A stretch of 58,423 bases of DNA from sequence record SRR22947725_2316. One strand, 5' to 3'. Under the pieces are notes generated by a model. The model had not been told where the DNA came from. It made no database searches and was given only the letters and a program-made list of their open reading frames with translations. Positions 50,402 through 58,423 of the stretch are shown here, piece by piece. Both the position numbers and the translations under genes were made by a program. Positions within the stretch are counted from its first letter, which is position 1; the number at the start of each line of letters is the position of its first letter.

Positions 50402-51585
50402 CTCTGACCCACTCCCAGCCGTTTCTCGATTCGTTGGCTTTCTCTACTCATTACATAGGACCCCACCCAGAACAGCAGAGCGACGAAGGCCAATGCCTCA
50501 TAGATGAGGCCTTGGCCCAGGAAGTCCTCCTGTTTGGTAATTGCCGTTCCGACATTCAAAAGGTCCAACACGTTCAAGGCAACACCAGCGAGCGTGGTGT
50601 CTTTGAACAAGCTAATGAACTGCCCAATCTGGGCAGGAATAACGTTGCGCAGCGCCTGGGGGAGTGTCACCAAAGAGGTGATCTTGGTGGTGCTTAAGCC
50701 GAGTGCTTTGCCAGCTTCGGTTTGTCCTCGAGGGATGGACTGCAGGCCACCACGCACGATTTCGGCGATGTAGGCGGCGGTGAAAAGTGTGAAGACGGTC
50801 ACGGCGCGGAAAATCTTGTCGGGAGCAAGAGCGCTCGGGACAAAGAACTCGAGCGCCACACCAGCGAGCAGCAACAACACAAACAGCGGTGCGCCGCGAA
50901 TCAGCTCGATATAGCTGGTCGAAATCAACCGCACGATGGGGAGAGCTGACCGCCGCCCCAGTGCCAGAAGAACACCCAACGGGAAGCTCAGAACAATACT
51001 GATGATCGCGATATAGAAGTTGATTAAGAACCCCTCCCACAGGTCCGCACTGGCCTGCAACAAGGTTGCCGAAATCATCGTCAAGGGAGCAACTGCGAGT
51101 AAAAGATGCCACACCCACGAGGAAATAGCCCGGGGCGCGACAATCTTTCGCCGCGCCAGCCCTATTAGTTGCCCCAGCACAATGCTGGCGAGGATCAAGG
51201 CGCCGATGATGACGGAAGCAACGTCTCCGGCTAAGGCAATCAGCAGCAACCCTGTGCCAGCAAGTAGGCCGAATCGTTGCAGAGCGTGCCAGATTCTCAC
51301 CCCTAGGCTGGGGCGGGTTTCTTTCGTTGAGAGCGAAGAGGCGGCTGCCGCTGCAATCCAGAAGGCCAAGGCCATGATGGATCCGGTGACCAACCACAAG
51401 AGTTCCTCCGGGAAACGACCCACGAGCAAAATCTTCAGGTTCACTTGGATGATCTCCCAGCGCCCTGTGACAAAAATAAACTGAGCCAGACCCCAAACAA
51501 CGTAGAGGGCGAGGGATCCGAAAACTACCGTCAGGAGGGAATCTCCGATGGTTCTAAAGAGGTTTCGCCTCATCCAGGTCATCAT
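50398..51585 (-). CDS. Amino acid ABC permease (AapM/BztC type)
   Basis: [43 protein letters not shown]. Confidence 0.92.
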   Translation of the reverse strand: MMTWMRRNLFRTIGDSLLTVVFGSLALYVVWGLAQFIFVTGRWEIIQVNLKILLVGRFPEELLWLVTGSIMALAFWIAAAAASSLSTKETRPSLGVRIWHALQRFGLLAGTGLLLIALAGDVASVIIGALILASIVLGQLIGLARRKIVAPRAISSWVWHLLLAVAPLTMISATLLQASADLWEGFLINFYIAIISIVLSFPLGVLLALGRRSALPIVRLISTSYIELIRGAPLFVLLLLAGVALEFFVPSALAPDKIFRAVTVFTLFTAAYIAEIVRGGLQSIPRGQTEAGKALGLSTTKITSLVTLPQALRNVIPAQIGQFISLFKDTTLAGVALNVLDLLNVGTAITKQEDFLGQGLIYEALAFVALLFWVGSYVMSRESQRIEKRLGVGQR

Positions 51586-52745
51586 CGCTCCACCAGCGCA
51601 AGTCGGCGATTGACGATATTGACGATGACGCTGGTGATGAGGGAAATCATGAGGTAGACCAGCAGCGTCAGTGTGAATGCGGGAACCGCGGGGGACCCAT
51701 TACCCACCGTGATTTGAGCAATCTGGGTGAGTTCAAAGTAACTAATGGTGGCGCCCAGAGAAGAGTTCTTAATCAGGTTCAGGTACTGGTTTCCCAAAGC
51801 GGGCATAGCAATGCGGAAGGCTTGGGGCAAAACCACCAGGCGCATCTTCTGCCCGCCAGAGAGGGCGAGGGCATCGGCTGCTTCGCCTTGCCCTTTAGCG
51901 ACGGCTTGAATGGAGCCCCGGACGATCTCGGCGACGTGGGCGCTGGTATACACGACAAGGGTGACGAGCAAAGCAAAGAATGATGGATCGAGACGGAGCC
52001 CACCACTGGTGGCACGGTCATCCACAAACGGCAGGACCCAGTCGTACCCGAGGATGACCCAGCCACCAATCATCAGCACGACAAAGGTAGGCCCTCCCCA
52101 GACGAGAGACCGCGCTGGTTTTCCGGTGGAATCAGATACCCGGCCGCGAATTTTCACCACGAGCCAGGTCACCACGAGAGCAGTGGCCAGGAGGGACAGA
52201 AGAATGGCGCCTGACCCTTCGAACCAGGGGATTGCGATTCCGCGGTTGGAAATGACGAAGAGGTCCAGCGGCAACCAGGCGTTCTCAATGCGCGGGAATG
52301 TTTGCAACACCACCGCAAGGTTCATAAAGGTCAGGAGGAGAAGCAGGGGAATGTTGCGAATGAGCTCGACATAGGAGGTTGCCACCAGTCGAACCATGAA
52401 GTTTTTCGACAGGCGGGCGATGCCCACGAGAGTGCCGAGAACGGTGGTGAGAAGTATGCCGACAATTGCGACCCGAAGAGTGTTGTAAAAGCCCTGAACA
52501 AAAGCGTCCCGAACGGGCTGGCTCTGGTTGAGGTCGTTTCCGGGGATAGTAAAGCTGGTGGGATTGTCCAGGAACCGAAGGTCTGTGGGGATGCTGCTCT
52601 TAGCAATATTGGTCTGGTAATTGCTGTACAACCAGTAAATAATCCCCACCACGATGGCGAGGACAAGAATTTGGAAGGCCCATCGGAGGACCCGGATGTC
52701 GCGCCAGAGCGGCGGCTTGGGGGGTGAGCTTGGGAGGGAACTCAT
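51582..52745 (-). CDS. Amino acid ABC permease (AapQ/BztB type)
   Basis: LWRDIR, GFYNTL, YVELIRNIP, AEIVRGSI, QYLNLIKNSSL; GGGAGG RBS. Confidence 0.92.
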   Translation of the reverse strand: MSSLPSSPPKPPLWRDIRVLRWAFQILVLAIVVGIIYWLYSNYQTNIAKSSIPTDLRFLDNPTSFTIPGNDLNQSQPVRDAFVQGFYNTLRVAIVGILLTTVLGTLVGIARLSKNFMVRLVATSYVELIRNIPLLLLLTFMNLAVVLQTFPRIENAWLPLDLFVISNRGIAIPWFEGSGAILLSLLATALVVTWLVVKIRGRVSDSTGKPARSLVWGGPTFVVLMIGGWVILGYDWVLPFVDDRATSGGLRLDPSFFALLVTLVVYTSAHVAEIVRGSIQAVAKGQGEAADALALSGGQKMRLVVLPQAFRIAMPALGNQYLNLIKNSSLGATISYFELTQIAQITVGNGSPAVPAFTLTLLVYLMISLITSVIVNIVNRRLALVER

Positions 52746-52790
52746 TAAAAGTTTCCCTCCCAAGCTCATAACACCTGTGTTACCTGATTA

Positions 52791-53894
52791 TTACCGGTAA
52801 GGAGGAGCGTACATCAATCCACCATTGGTCCAGAGCGAGTTAACACCGCGCTCGAGGCCCAAGGGGGTGAGGTGCGCTGCGAAGATCTCACCGTAGTTAC
52901 CGACCTGCTTGACCACTTGGTAAGCGAAGTCGGCGGGCAGGCCAAGACCTGGATCCAACACGGCGGAACCTTCGTCAGAAGCAATCTCCAAACCAAGGAA
53001 GCGCTGGATGCCGACGTCTTCGCTGGAAGCGAAGGTGTCAACGTTGGCGCTGGTGATTCCGAACTCTTCAGCCTGAATGGTGGCCAAGATTGTCCAGTTG
53101 ACAATCTGTGCCCACTGGGTGTCGCCATCCAGGACCGCAGGTGCGAGGGGCTCCTTGGAGAAGACCTCGGGGAGGATCACGAGAGCGTCAGCTCCATTGG
53201 GGTATGCCGAACGCAGACCCGTCAGCTGGCTGACGTCGGAGGACCAGCCATCACACTGTCCAGCCAAGAAGGCTTCCAGGATGAGGTCGGTCTCGTCGAA
53301 GGAACGAACTTCCCAGCCCAGACCCAAACGGGAGGACTCGAGAGCGGCGTTACCTTCGGTCGTGGTGCCCTTGGCAACACAGACAACAGCACCGTTCATG
53401 TCTGAGACGCTGGCATAGCTGCTGTCAGCAGAAACCATCATGCCCTGACCGTCATAGAAGTTCGGCTGCAGGAAGGTGGCGGCTTCGCCACCATCGCGTG
53501 ATGCTGTCCAGGTGGTGTTACGGACGAGTACGTCAACAGCGCCACTCTGAAGAGCGGTGAAGCGGTCAGAGGTCTCGAGGTCAACCATCTCTACTGCGGT
53601 GGCGTCACCGAGCACAGCGGCTGCGATGGCCTTACAGAAGTCAGAGTCGAATCCGACGTGGGTGCCATCCTCCTGCAACACGGCAAAGCCGGGCAGAGCG
53701 TCACGGGTTCCACACTTCACAACGCCAGCTTCCGTGACGGAGTCAAGAACCGACGATGCGGTTTCCACGGTTGCGGTTGCGGTCTCGGTGGTCGCAGTCT
53801 CTGTCGAGGTGGTGTCCTCTTCAGCAGCTGCGCAACCAGACACAACGAGTGTCACAGCGGCAAGAGCCGCCATGATAGCTACAGTTTTCTTCAT
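52791..53894 (-). CDS. Amino acid ABC substrate-binding lipoprotein (AapJ/BztA type)
   Basis: Lipobox VVSG-C; RFTALQSG.VDVL.RNTTWT, YDGQG, SKEPL, VGNYGEIF, GGLMYAPPYR. Confidence 0.93.
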   Translation of the reverse strand: MKKTVAIMAALAAVTLVVSGCAAAEEDTTSTETATTETATATVETASSVLDSVTEAGVVKCGTRDALPGFAVLQEDGTHVGFDSDFCKAIAAAVLGDATAVEMVDLETSDRFTALQSGAVDVLVRNTTWTASRDGGEAATFLQPNFYDGQGMMVSADSSYASVSDMNGAVVCVAKGTTTEGNAALESSRLGLGWEVRSFDETDLILEAFLAGQCDGWSSDVSQLTGLRSAYPNGADALVILPEVFSKEPLAPAVLDGDTQWAQIVNWTILATIQAEEFGITSANVDTFASSEDVGIQRFLGLEIASDEGSAVLDPGLGLPADFAYQVVKQVGNYGEIFAAHLTPLGLERGVNSLWTNGGLMYAPPYR

Positions 53895-53992
53895 CAATTT
53901 CCCCTTTTAGGTAATTTTTGAGTTGTGCACAAATGCGTTCAACACTCCAAGTTACAAGCCACTTCCCGCGCAACGGCGGGGGAAGTGTGATT

Positions 53993-54008
53993 GTTACCCA
54001 AGTGAGAC
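53993..54008. promoter_or_regulatory. Candidate GlnR box
   Basis: GTTAC-ccaagt-GAGAC fits GTNAC-N6-GaAAC / AC-N9-AC, upstream of an amino-acid transporter. Confidence 0.4.
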
Positions 54009-54125
54009 GCGAGGGGTTTCTTCCCTTTATCTGTGAAGTTCATGATGTTTCCGTCAGATTCACCCGTTACTCTAGATATACGTGCCGTTGATGACGATGT
54101 CAGCGAACCAAGCGAAAGAGCTCAG

Positions 54126-55856
54126 ATGACCAATCGCCCATGGCTTGCCCACTATCCCGAAAACGTGGACCACGAACTGGCGACTGCGCCGTTTGCCACC
54201 CTTCCCGAACTGGTTCGCGCGGCAGGGGGCTCCTACGCCGACACCAAAGCGTTCACGCAGTGTATGCCTAACGGAATGAATGGTTCCCTGACCTACCGGC
54301 AGGTCGATGACCTCTCTGATGATTTTGCGGCGTATCTTCGCGAAGTGGTAGGGGTGAAGCAGGGCGACCGCATAGCGGTTCAGATGCCCAACTGCCTGGC
54401 CTATCCCGTTGTTGCCTTCGGGGTCTTCAAAGCCGGATGCGTTTTGGTCAACACCAATCCTTTGTATACCCCGCAGGAAATGACCCATCAGTTCGCCGAC
54501 TCGGGGGCAACTGTTTTGGTGGTCATTGATATGTTCGCGGACCGTCTCCCCACAGTGCTGGACCACACCGACATCACGACCGTGGTGACTGTGCGCATTT
54601 CTGAATACTTCCCACCCCTGATTCGCGGCGTGATCCGTATGGTTCAAAAATGGTGGACCCGCTCGCTTCCTGCGGTGACGGTAGAACACCGCACCTTCAC
54701 CGAGGTGATGGCCCAGGGAAGGAAAGCGAAAAACGCAGCGGCACTTCCCTCCTACCTCAGCGGGGTGGGCTCGGACACCGTTGCTGCCCTGCAATACACC
54801 GGAGGTACCACGGGGGTCTCTAAAGGCGCCATGCTCTCTCACGGCAACCTCGTCTCTAACACCCTGCAGATGATTTCGATGAATGGCGTCTACATTCGCC
54901 CCGGTAAAGAGGTGGTCGTCACGGCTCTTCCGCTGTACCATATCTTCGCTTTTACGGTGAATTTGCTGGGCTTCTACCATTCAGGGGCTCGTAATATTTT
55001 GGTTCCCACTCCCCGTCCACCGAGCAACCTAAAAAGAGTTCTGGAAAACTACAAGGTCACCTGGATTACCGGTGTGAACACTCTTTTCAACGCACTCCTG
55101 AACGAGCGATGGTTCACAGACAGCCCTCCCAAGCACCTGGTGGCTTCCGCTGCCGGAGGAATGGCGCTTCACGAGTCCGTTGCCACCTTGTGGCGCGAAG
55201 TCACGGGGACACCCATTGTCGAGGGGTATGGCCTGACCGAATCGTCCCCGGTGTTGACCTTCAACCCTCTGGGAGGGCTTGGAAAAGACGGGTCCATTGG
55301 TATCCCCGTCCCGTCGACCGATATTGATTGCGTGGACGAAAACGGAAAATCCGTCCAGGCTGGCGAATCCGGAGAGCTCATTGCGAAGGGTCCGCAAATT
55401 ATGCAGGGCTATTGGCAGCGACCCGAGGAAACCAGAGATTCCTTGCGGGAAGGATGGCTCCACACGGGCGACATTGCCACCATGGACTCCGATGGCTACT
55501 TCACGATCGTTGATCGGAAGAAAGACATGATTTTGGTCAGCGGTTTCAACGTCTACCCCAACGAGGTGGAGGAACAAATCGCCAGCGCGCCAGGAGTGGT
55601 TGAAGTGGGGGTCATTGGGGTTCCCAACGACAAGACTGGCGAAAGTGTGAGTGCCTTTGTTGTTGCGGCCGTTCCGCCTCCCTCGAAGGAAGAAATCCTG
55701 GCCCACGCCAGAGAAACTCTTGCCGCCTATAAAGTTCCCTCGACTATCACTTTCGTTGACGAGCTTCCCAAGAGTCCGATTGGCAAAATATTGCGCAGGG
55801 AGCTTCGGGATTCACTCCTGGCTGCCAGCGCTGACCAGAAAGGTGGCACAGCATGA
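54126..55856 (+). CDS. Long-chain acyl-CoA ligase (FadD-like)
   Basis: LQYTGGTTGVSKGA, LPLYHIFA, EGYGLTE, TGDI, DRKKDMILVSGFNVYPNE, PIGKILRR. Confidence 0.92.
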   Translation: MTNRPWLAHYPENVDHELATAPFATLPELVRAAGGSYADTKAFTQCMPNGMNGSLTYRQVDDLSDDFAAYLREVVGVKQGDRIAVQMPNCLAYPVVAFGVFKAGCVLVNTNPLYTPQEMTHQFADSGATVLVVIDMFADRLPTVLDHTDITTVVTVRISEYFPPLIRGVIRMVQKWWTRSLPAVTVEHRTFTEVMAQGRKAKNAAALPSYLSGVGSDTVAALQYTGGTTGVSKGAMLSHGNLVSNTLQMISMNGVYIRPGKEVVVTALPLYHIFAFTVNLLGFYHSGARNILVPTPRPPSNLKRVLENYKVTWITGVNTLFNALLNERWFTDSPPKHLVASAAGGMALHESVATLWREVTGTPIVEGYGLTESSPVLTFNPLGGLGKDGSIGIPVPSTDIDCVDENGKSVQAGESGELIAKGPQIMQGYWQRPEETRDSLREGWLHTGDIATMDSDGYFTIVDRKKDMILVSGFNVYPNEVEEQIASAPGVVEVGVIGVPNDKTGESVSAFVVAAVPPPSKEEILAHARETLAAYKVPSTITFVDELPKSPIGKILRRELRDSLLAASADQKGGTA

Positions 55857-56818
55857 TTGAGACTGTGATCCTCGCAGCCGAAGCGGTTGCCGAACCCACT
55901 GTTGTGACGCCGTTTGAAGAGGCGCTCCTGGGCGGGTTGGTCTTCGTGATTATGTTTGGGCTAGGTGCAGGCTTGACACCGCGTGACTTCCGGCTGGCCA
56001 TTCGCCGGCCCTGGGGCTTGATTATTGGCTGGGTGACGCAATTTGGGTTCATGCCCCTGATCTCTTACCTGTTGGTTATTACCCTCCTCTTCCCGTTTTT
56101 CCCGGTCGATGATGTGGCTTTGATTGCTTTGGGGGCTTTGCTCATGGGGAGTGTTCCGGCAGGCACGACGTCGAACATTTTCACCTACTTCTCCAAGGGC
56201 AACCTCGCCCTCAGTGTCATCATGACCGCCAACTCCACCCTGTGGGCCATCGTGATGACACCGCTGGTGATCTGGATTTATGGCCGGGCACTCTTCCCGG
56301 CGGGCTCAGATGTCGAAATCCCCACCAGGAATATTGTCCTCACCCTGGTCATTTTGTTGATTCCGGTGGTGTGTGGCATGTTGATCCGCCGCTATAGCGC
56401 CAACATCGGTGCCATTTTGGAACTCATGGGGGGCTTCTTCGGTCTGTTCTTCATCGTGTTCCTCCTGGCCACCTGGGTGCCGAGGAACTGGGAGCTGTTG
56501 ACCAACACCACATGGCAGACCTACATGGTGGCTATTGGTTTAGGCCTCTTTGGGATTACCCTCGCCTATATCTTTGCGAAAGCTCTCAGGCTGCACCCCA
56601 TGAACGCCAGAACGGTTGCTTTGGAGACCGGCATTCAAAATGGTCCGCTGGCGATCGCCATTATTTTGGTGACCTTCCGGGGGAACCCAGGCATTGACGA
56701 GATTTTGTTGGTGCCAGCTCTCTACTCGCTGTTCATCGTAATCGTCTCGACTTTCGTCACCTTCGGGTTCCGCAGAGCCAACCTCAAAGAAGAGCAGAAA
56801 ATCCCGAACCTTCTTTAG
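55853..56818 (+). CDS. Bile acid:sodium symporter (BASS/SLC10) family transporter
   Basis: IMFGLG, QFGFMP, PAGTTSNIFTY, ETGIQN sodium-site motif. Confidence 0.9.
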   Translation: MIETVILAAEAVAEPTVVTPFEEALLGGLVFVIMFGLGAGLTPRDFRLAIRRPWGLIIGWVTQFGFMPLISYLLVITLLFPFFPVDDVALIALGALLMGSVPAGTTSNIFTYFSKGNLALSVIMTANSTLWAIVMTPLVIWIYGRALFPAGSDVEIPTRNIVLTLVILLIPVVCGMLIRRYSANIGAILELMGGFFGLFFIVFLLATWVPRNWELLTNTTWQTYMVAIGLGLFGITLAYIFAKALRLHPMNARTVALETGIQNGPLAIAIILVTFRGNPGIDEILLVPALYSLFIVIVSTFVTFGFRRANLKEEQKIPNLL

Positions 56819-56850
56819 CAGAAGGTCGGGAAGCCCCGAAGACGAGCTGT

Positions 56851-57924
56851 TTAGCGCCCGATAGTGGACGCTGCGGGGCAGTCAAACGGGTCCCGGGCTG
56901 CTAATCCAACCTCATTCAGGTACCTCACGACAATTCCGTAGGACTCGAATAACCCTGCCTCGGTGTAGGCAATCTTTTTCTCCCTGCAAAACTCCCGGAC
57001 AAGTTTTGCCGCAAAGAATAATTTGGGCCTTGCCATGCTGGGGAACAGGTGGTGTTCTACCTGATAGTTCAGGCCGCCCATAAAGTGGTCCATGAAAAGC
57101 CCCCCGCGGATGTTTCTGCTGGTGAGCACCTGGCGGCGTAAGAAGTCGACTTTGACGCCGGGCAGGATTTGGGGCATTCCCTTGTGATTCGGGGCGAAAG
57201 AGGCCCCCATATAGACGCCAAAGAGGGCCATGTGGGTCACCAAAAATACGGCTGCGACGTACCACGGCATCAGCATCAGCAATATGACGGGGTAACCGAA
57301 GTTCCGGACCAGAAGCAGAGAAATCTCGGTTGCGCGATGTTTGATGGGCTCTGTGCTAAACACCCGTCGGAACGCTTGAACGTGGAGATTGAGGCCCTCC
57401 AGGGTGAGAATGGGGAAAAACAACCATCCCTGACGTTTCACAAAGGCTCGCGCGAAACCTCTGGTTTCGCGGGCTTTTTCTTCTTGAAAAATCACAAAGT
57501 CACTCTTGATGTCGGGGTCTTTGCCCACCGTGTTGGGGTTGGCGTGGTGTTTCGTGTGTTTTCCCATCCACCACGAGTAACTGATTCCCACAACCCCATT
57601 GGCGAGGATGCGCGCAACGTTGTCGTTTTTGCGACCCGAGGCAAACACTTGCCGGTGGGCTGCTTCATGGGTGACGAAGGAAAACTGGGTCATGATGATC
57701 GCCACCAGGGGCGCCAGAGCAACCTGGACCCAAGAGTCACCGAGGAAAAACATTCCGGTGAAGGTCGCCGCAAGCGCCACGCTCAACACCACGAGCAAGG
57801 TCATGTAGTAGCCCACGGTGCGATCCAAAAGCTTGCCGTCCTTGATCCGGCCAAGAAGCTCTGAGAACTCAGTGGTGTAGGCGTGGGGCCGGGGTAAAGC
57901 AGGCGAGAGAGTGGCTGTCGACAT
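56851..57924 (-). CDS. Membrane acyl-CoA/fatty acid desaturase
   Basis: His boxes HEAAH, HTKHH, QVEHHLFP; ORF open to 57957. Confidence 0.92.
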   Translation of the reverse strand: MSTATLSPALPRPHAYTTEFSELLGRIKDGKLLDRTVGYYMTLLVVLSVALAATFTGMFFLGDSWVQVALAPLVAIIMTQFSFVTHEAAHRQVFASGRKNDNVARILANGVVGISYSWWMGKHTKHHANPNTVGKDPDIKSDFVIFQEEKARETRGFARAFVKRQGWLFFPILTLEGLNLHVQAFRRVFSTEPIKHRATEISLLLVRNFGYPVILLMLMPWYVAAVFLVTHMALFGVYMGASFAPNHKGMPQILPGVKVDFLRRQVLTSRNIRGGLFMDHFMGGLNYQVEHHLFPSMARPKLFFAAKLVREFCREKKIAYTEAGLFESYGIVVRYLNEVGLAARDPFDCPAASTIGR

Positions 57925-58374
57925 CGCGGTTATTCCCAACCCTGACTTCTCAGCCAATGAGGAAGAGGAAACCTCGCCCTTGATTTCTCCAAGCTAACAG
58001 AGAGGGATTGGAGAACCCTGGCTGACACGGTGGTGTTCCGCTACTTTTCCTTCAGGTCGGTGAGATGCAAAGGCTGGGGTGTGACTGGGCGCTAGCCATC
58101 TTGGGTTTCCCTGGCGTCCTAAAAATGTTTAAACCCCTGAGGGGCGCCACAATTTTTCATCGAGATGATCCCCGGGTGGATTCAGGCTTCCCTCTGTCTA
58201 GGGCTGCGACACGCAAAATACCCCAAGCTAATTCAGTACCTGGATATTCATAGCCGATCATGTCCGACACCGTGGGCAACATATTGAAGTGGCAGAAATC
58301 AGAGCGGTGTGCCTCGAAGCTCTGTTCCCTGGCTGGTAGCCTCAAGTTGTGGCAAACCGAAGGGTTTTGCACCA

Positions 58375-58423
58375 GGGGTGGTAGCTCAGCTGGTTAGAGC
58401 AGCGGACTCATAATCCGTCGGTC
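58375..58423 (+). tRNA. 5' part of tRNA with CAT anticodon, probably tRNA-Ile2 (truncated by window end)
   Basis: GGGGTGG-TA-GCTC...GAGC-A-GCGGA-CTCATAA-TCCGT; lacks the three G-C anticodon-stem pairs of initiator tRNA and resembles Ile2-type tRNAs. Confidence 0.85.

Noticed and set aside
49601..50407. 268-aa plus-strand ORF
   Set aside because: Antisense shadow of the ABC ATPase; no recognisable motifs.
50612..51496. 294-aa alternate-frame ORF within the permease
   Set aside because: Out-of-frame overlap of a well-supported gene; Arg/Cys-rich with no motifs.
54072..55706. Minus-strand ORFs of 302 and 225 aa
   Set aside because: Antisense shadows of the acyl-CoA ligase.
45936..58374. Integrative island at tRNA-Asn
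   Set aside because: No integrase or transposase, and I saw no repeated tRNA 3' end; the cargo is metabolic.

Overview
A gene-dense, GC-rich (roughly 60% by eye) chromosomal segment of an actinobacterium, most consistent with a streamlined Microbacteriaceae (Pontimonas/Luna-like; inferred from gene content and order). It starts inside the 3' half of a tRNA-Ala and ends inside the 5' half of a CAU-anticodon tRNA (probably Ile2). The core backbone is pdxH, leuS, holA, rpsT, lepA, ribF, truB, hemW-hrcA-dnaJ-rsmE-HIT-phoH-ybeY-corC-era, leuA, recO-uppS-glyQS-dusB-dgt-dnaG and tRNA-Asn. Accessory modules include a K+/H+ antiporter with an RCK_C partner, pabB/pabC, a deoxyribose operon with a split ALDH16-like enzyme, an AapJQMP-type amino-acid ABC transporter, a FadD-BASS pair and a desaturase. 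I found no integrase, transposase, CRISPR array, rRNA or prophage. Best candidates for new biology: (1) a GNAT-AAA+ ATPase fusion without a canonical pore loop, upstream of a DUF1611 (DgcN-like)/dipeptide-epimerase (DgcA-like) pair; (2) an apparently circularly permuted truB-ribF-deo block inserted between lepA and hemW; (3) an 11-bp bidirectional leaderless promoter between pabC and pabB, in a window where leaderless genes are common; (4) an unannotated Leu-rich leader peptide before leuA; (5) a CsoR/CstR-type operator before a rhodanese lipoprotein. All family calls are from visual motif recognition; no searches were run.
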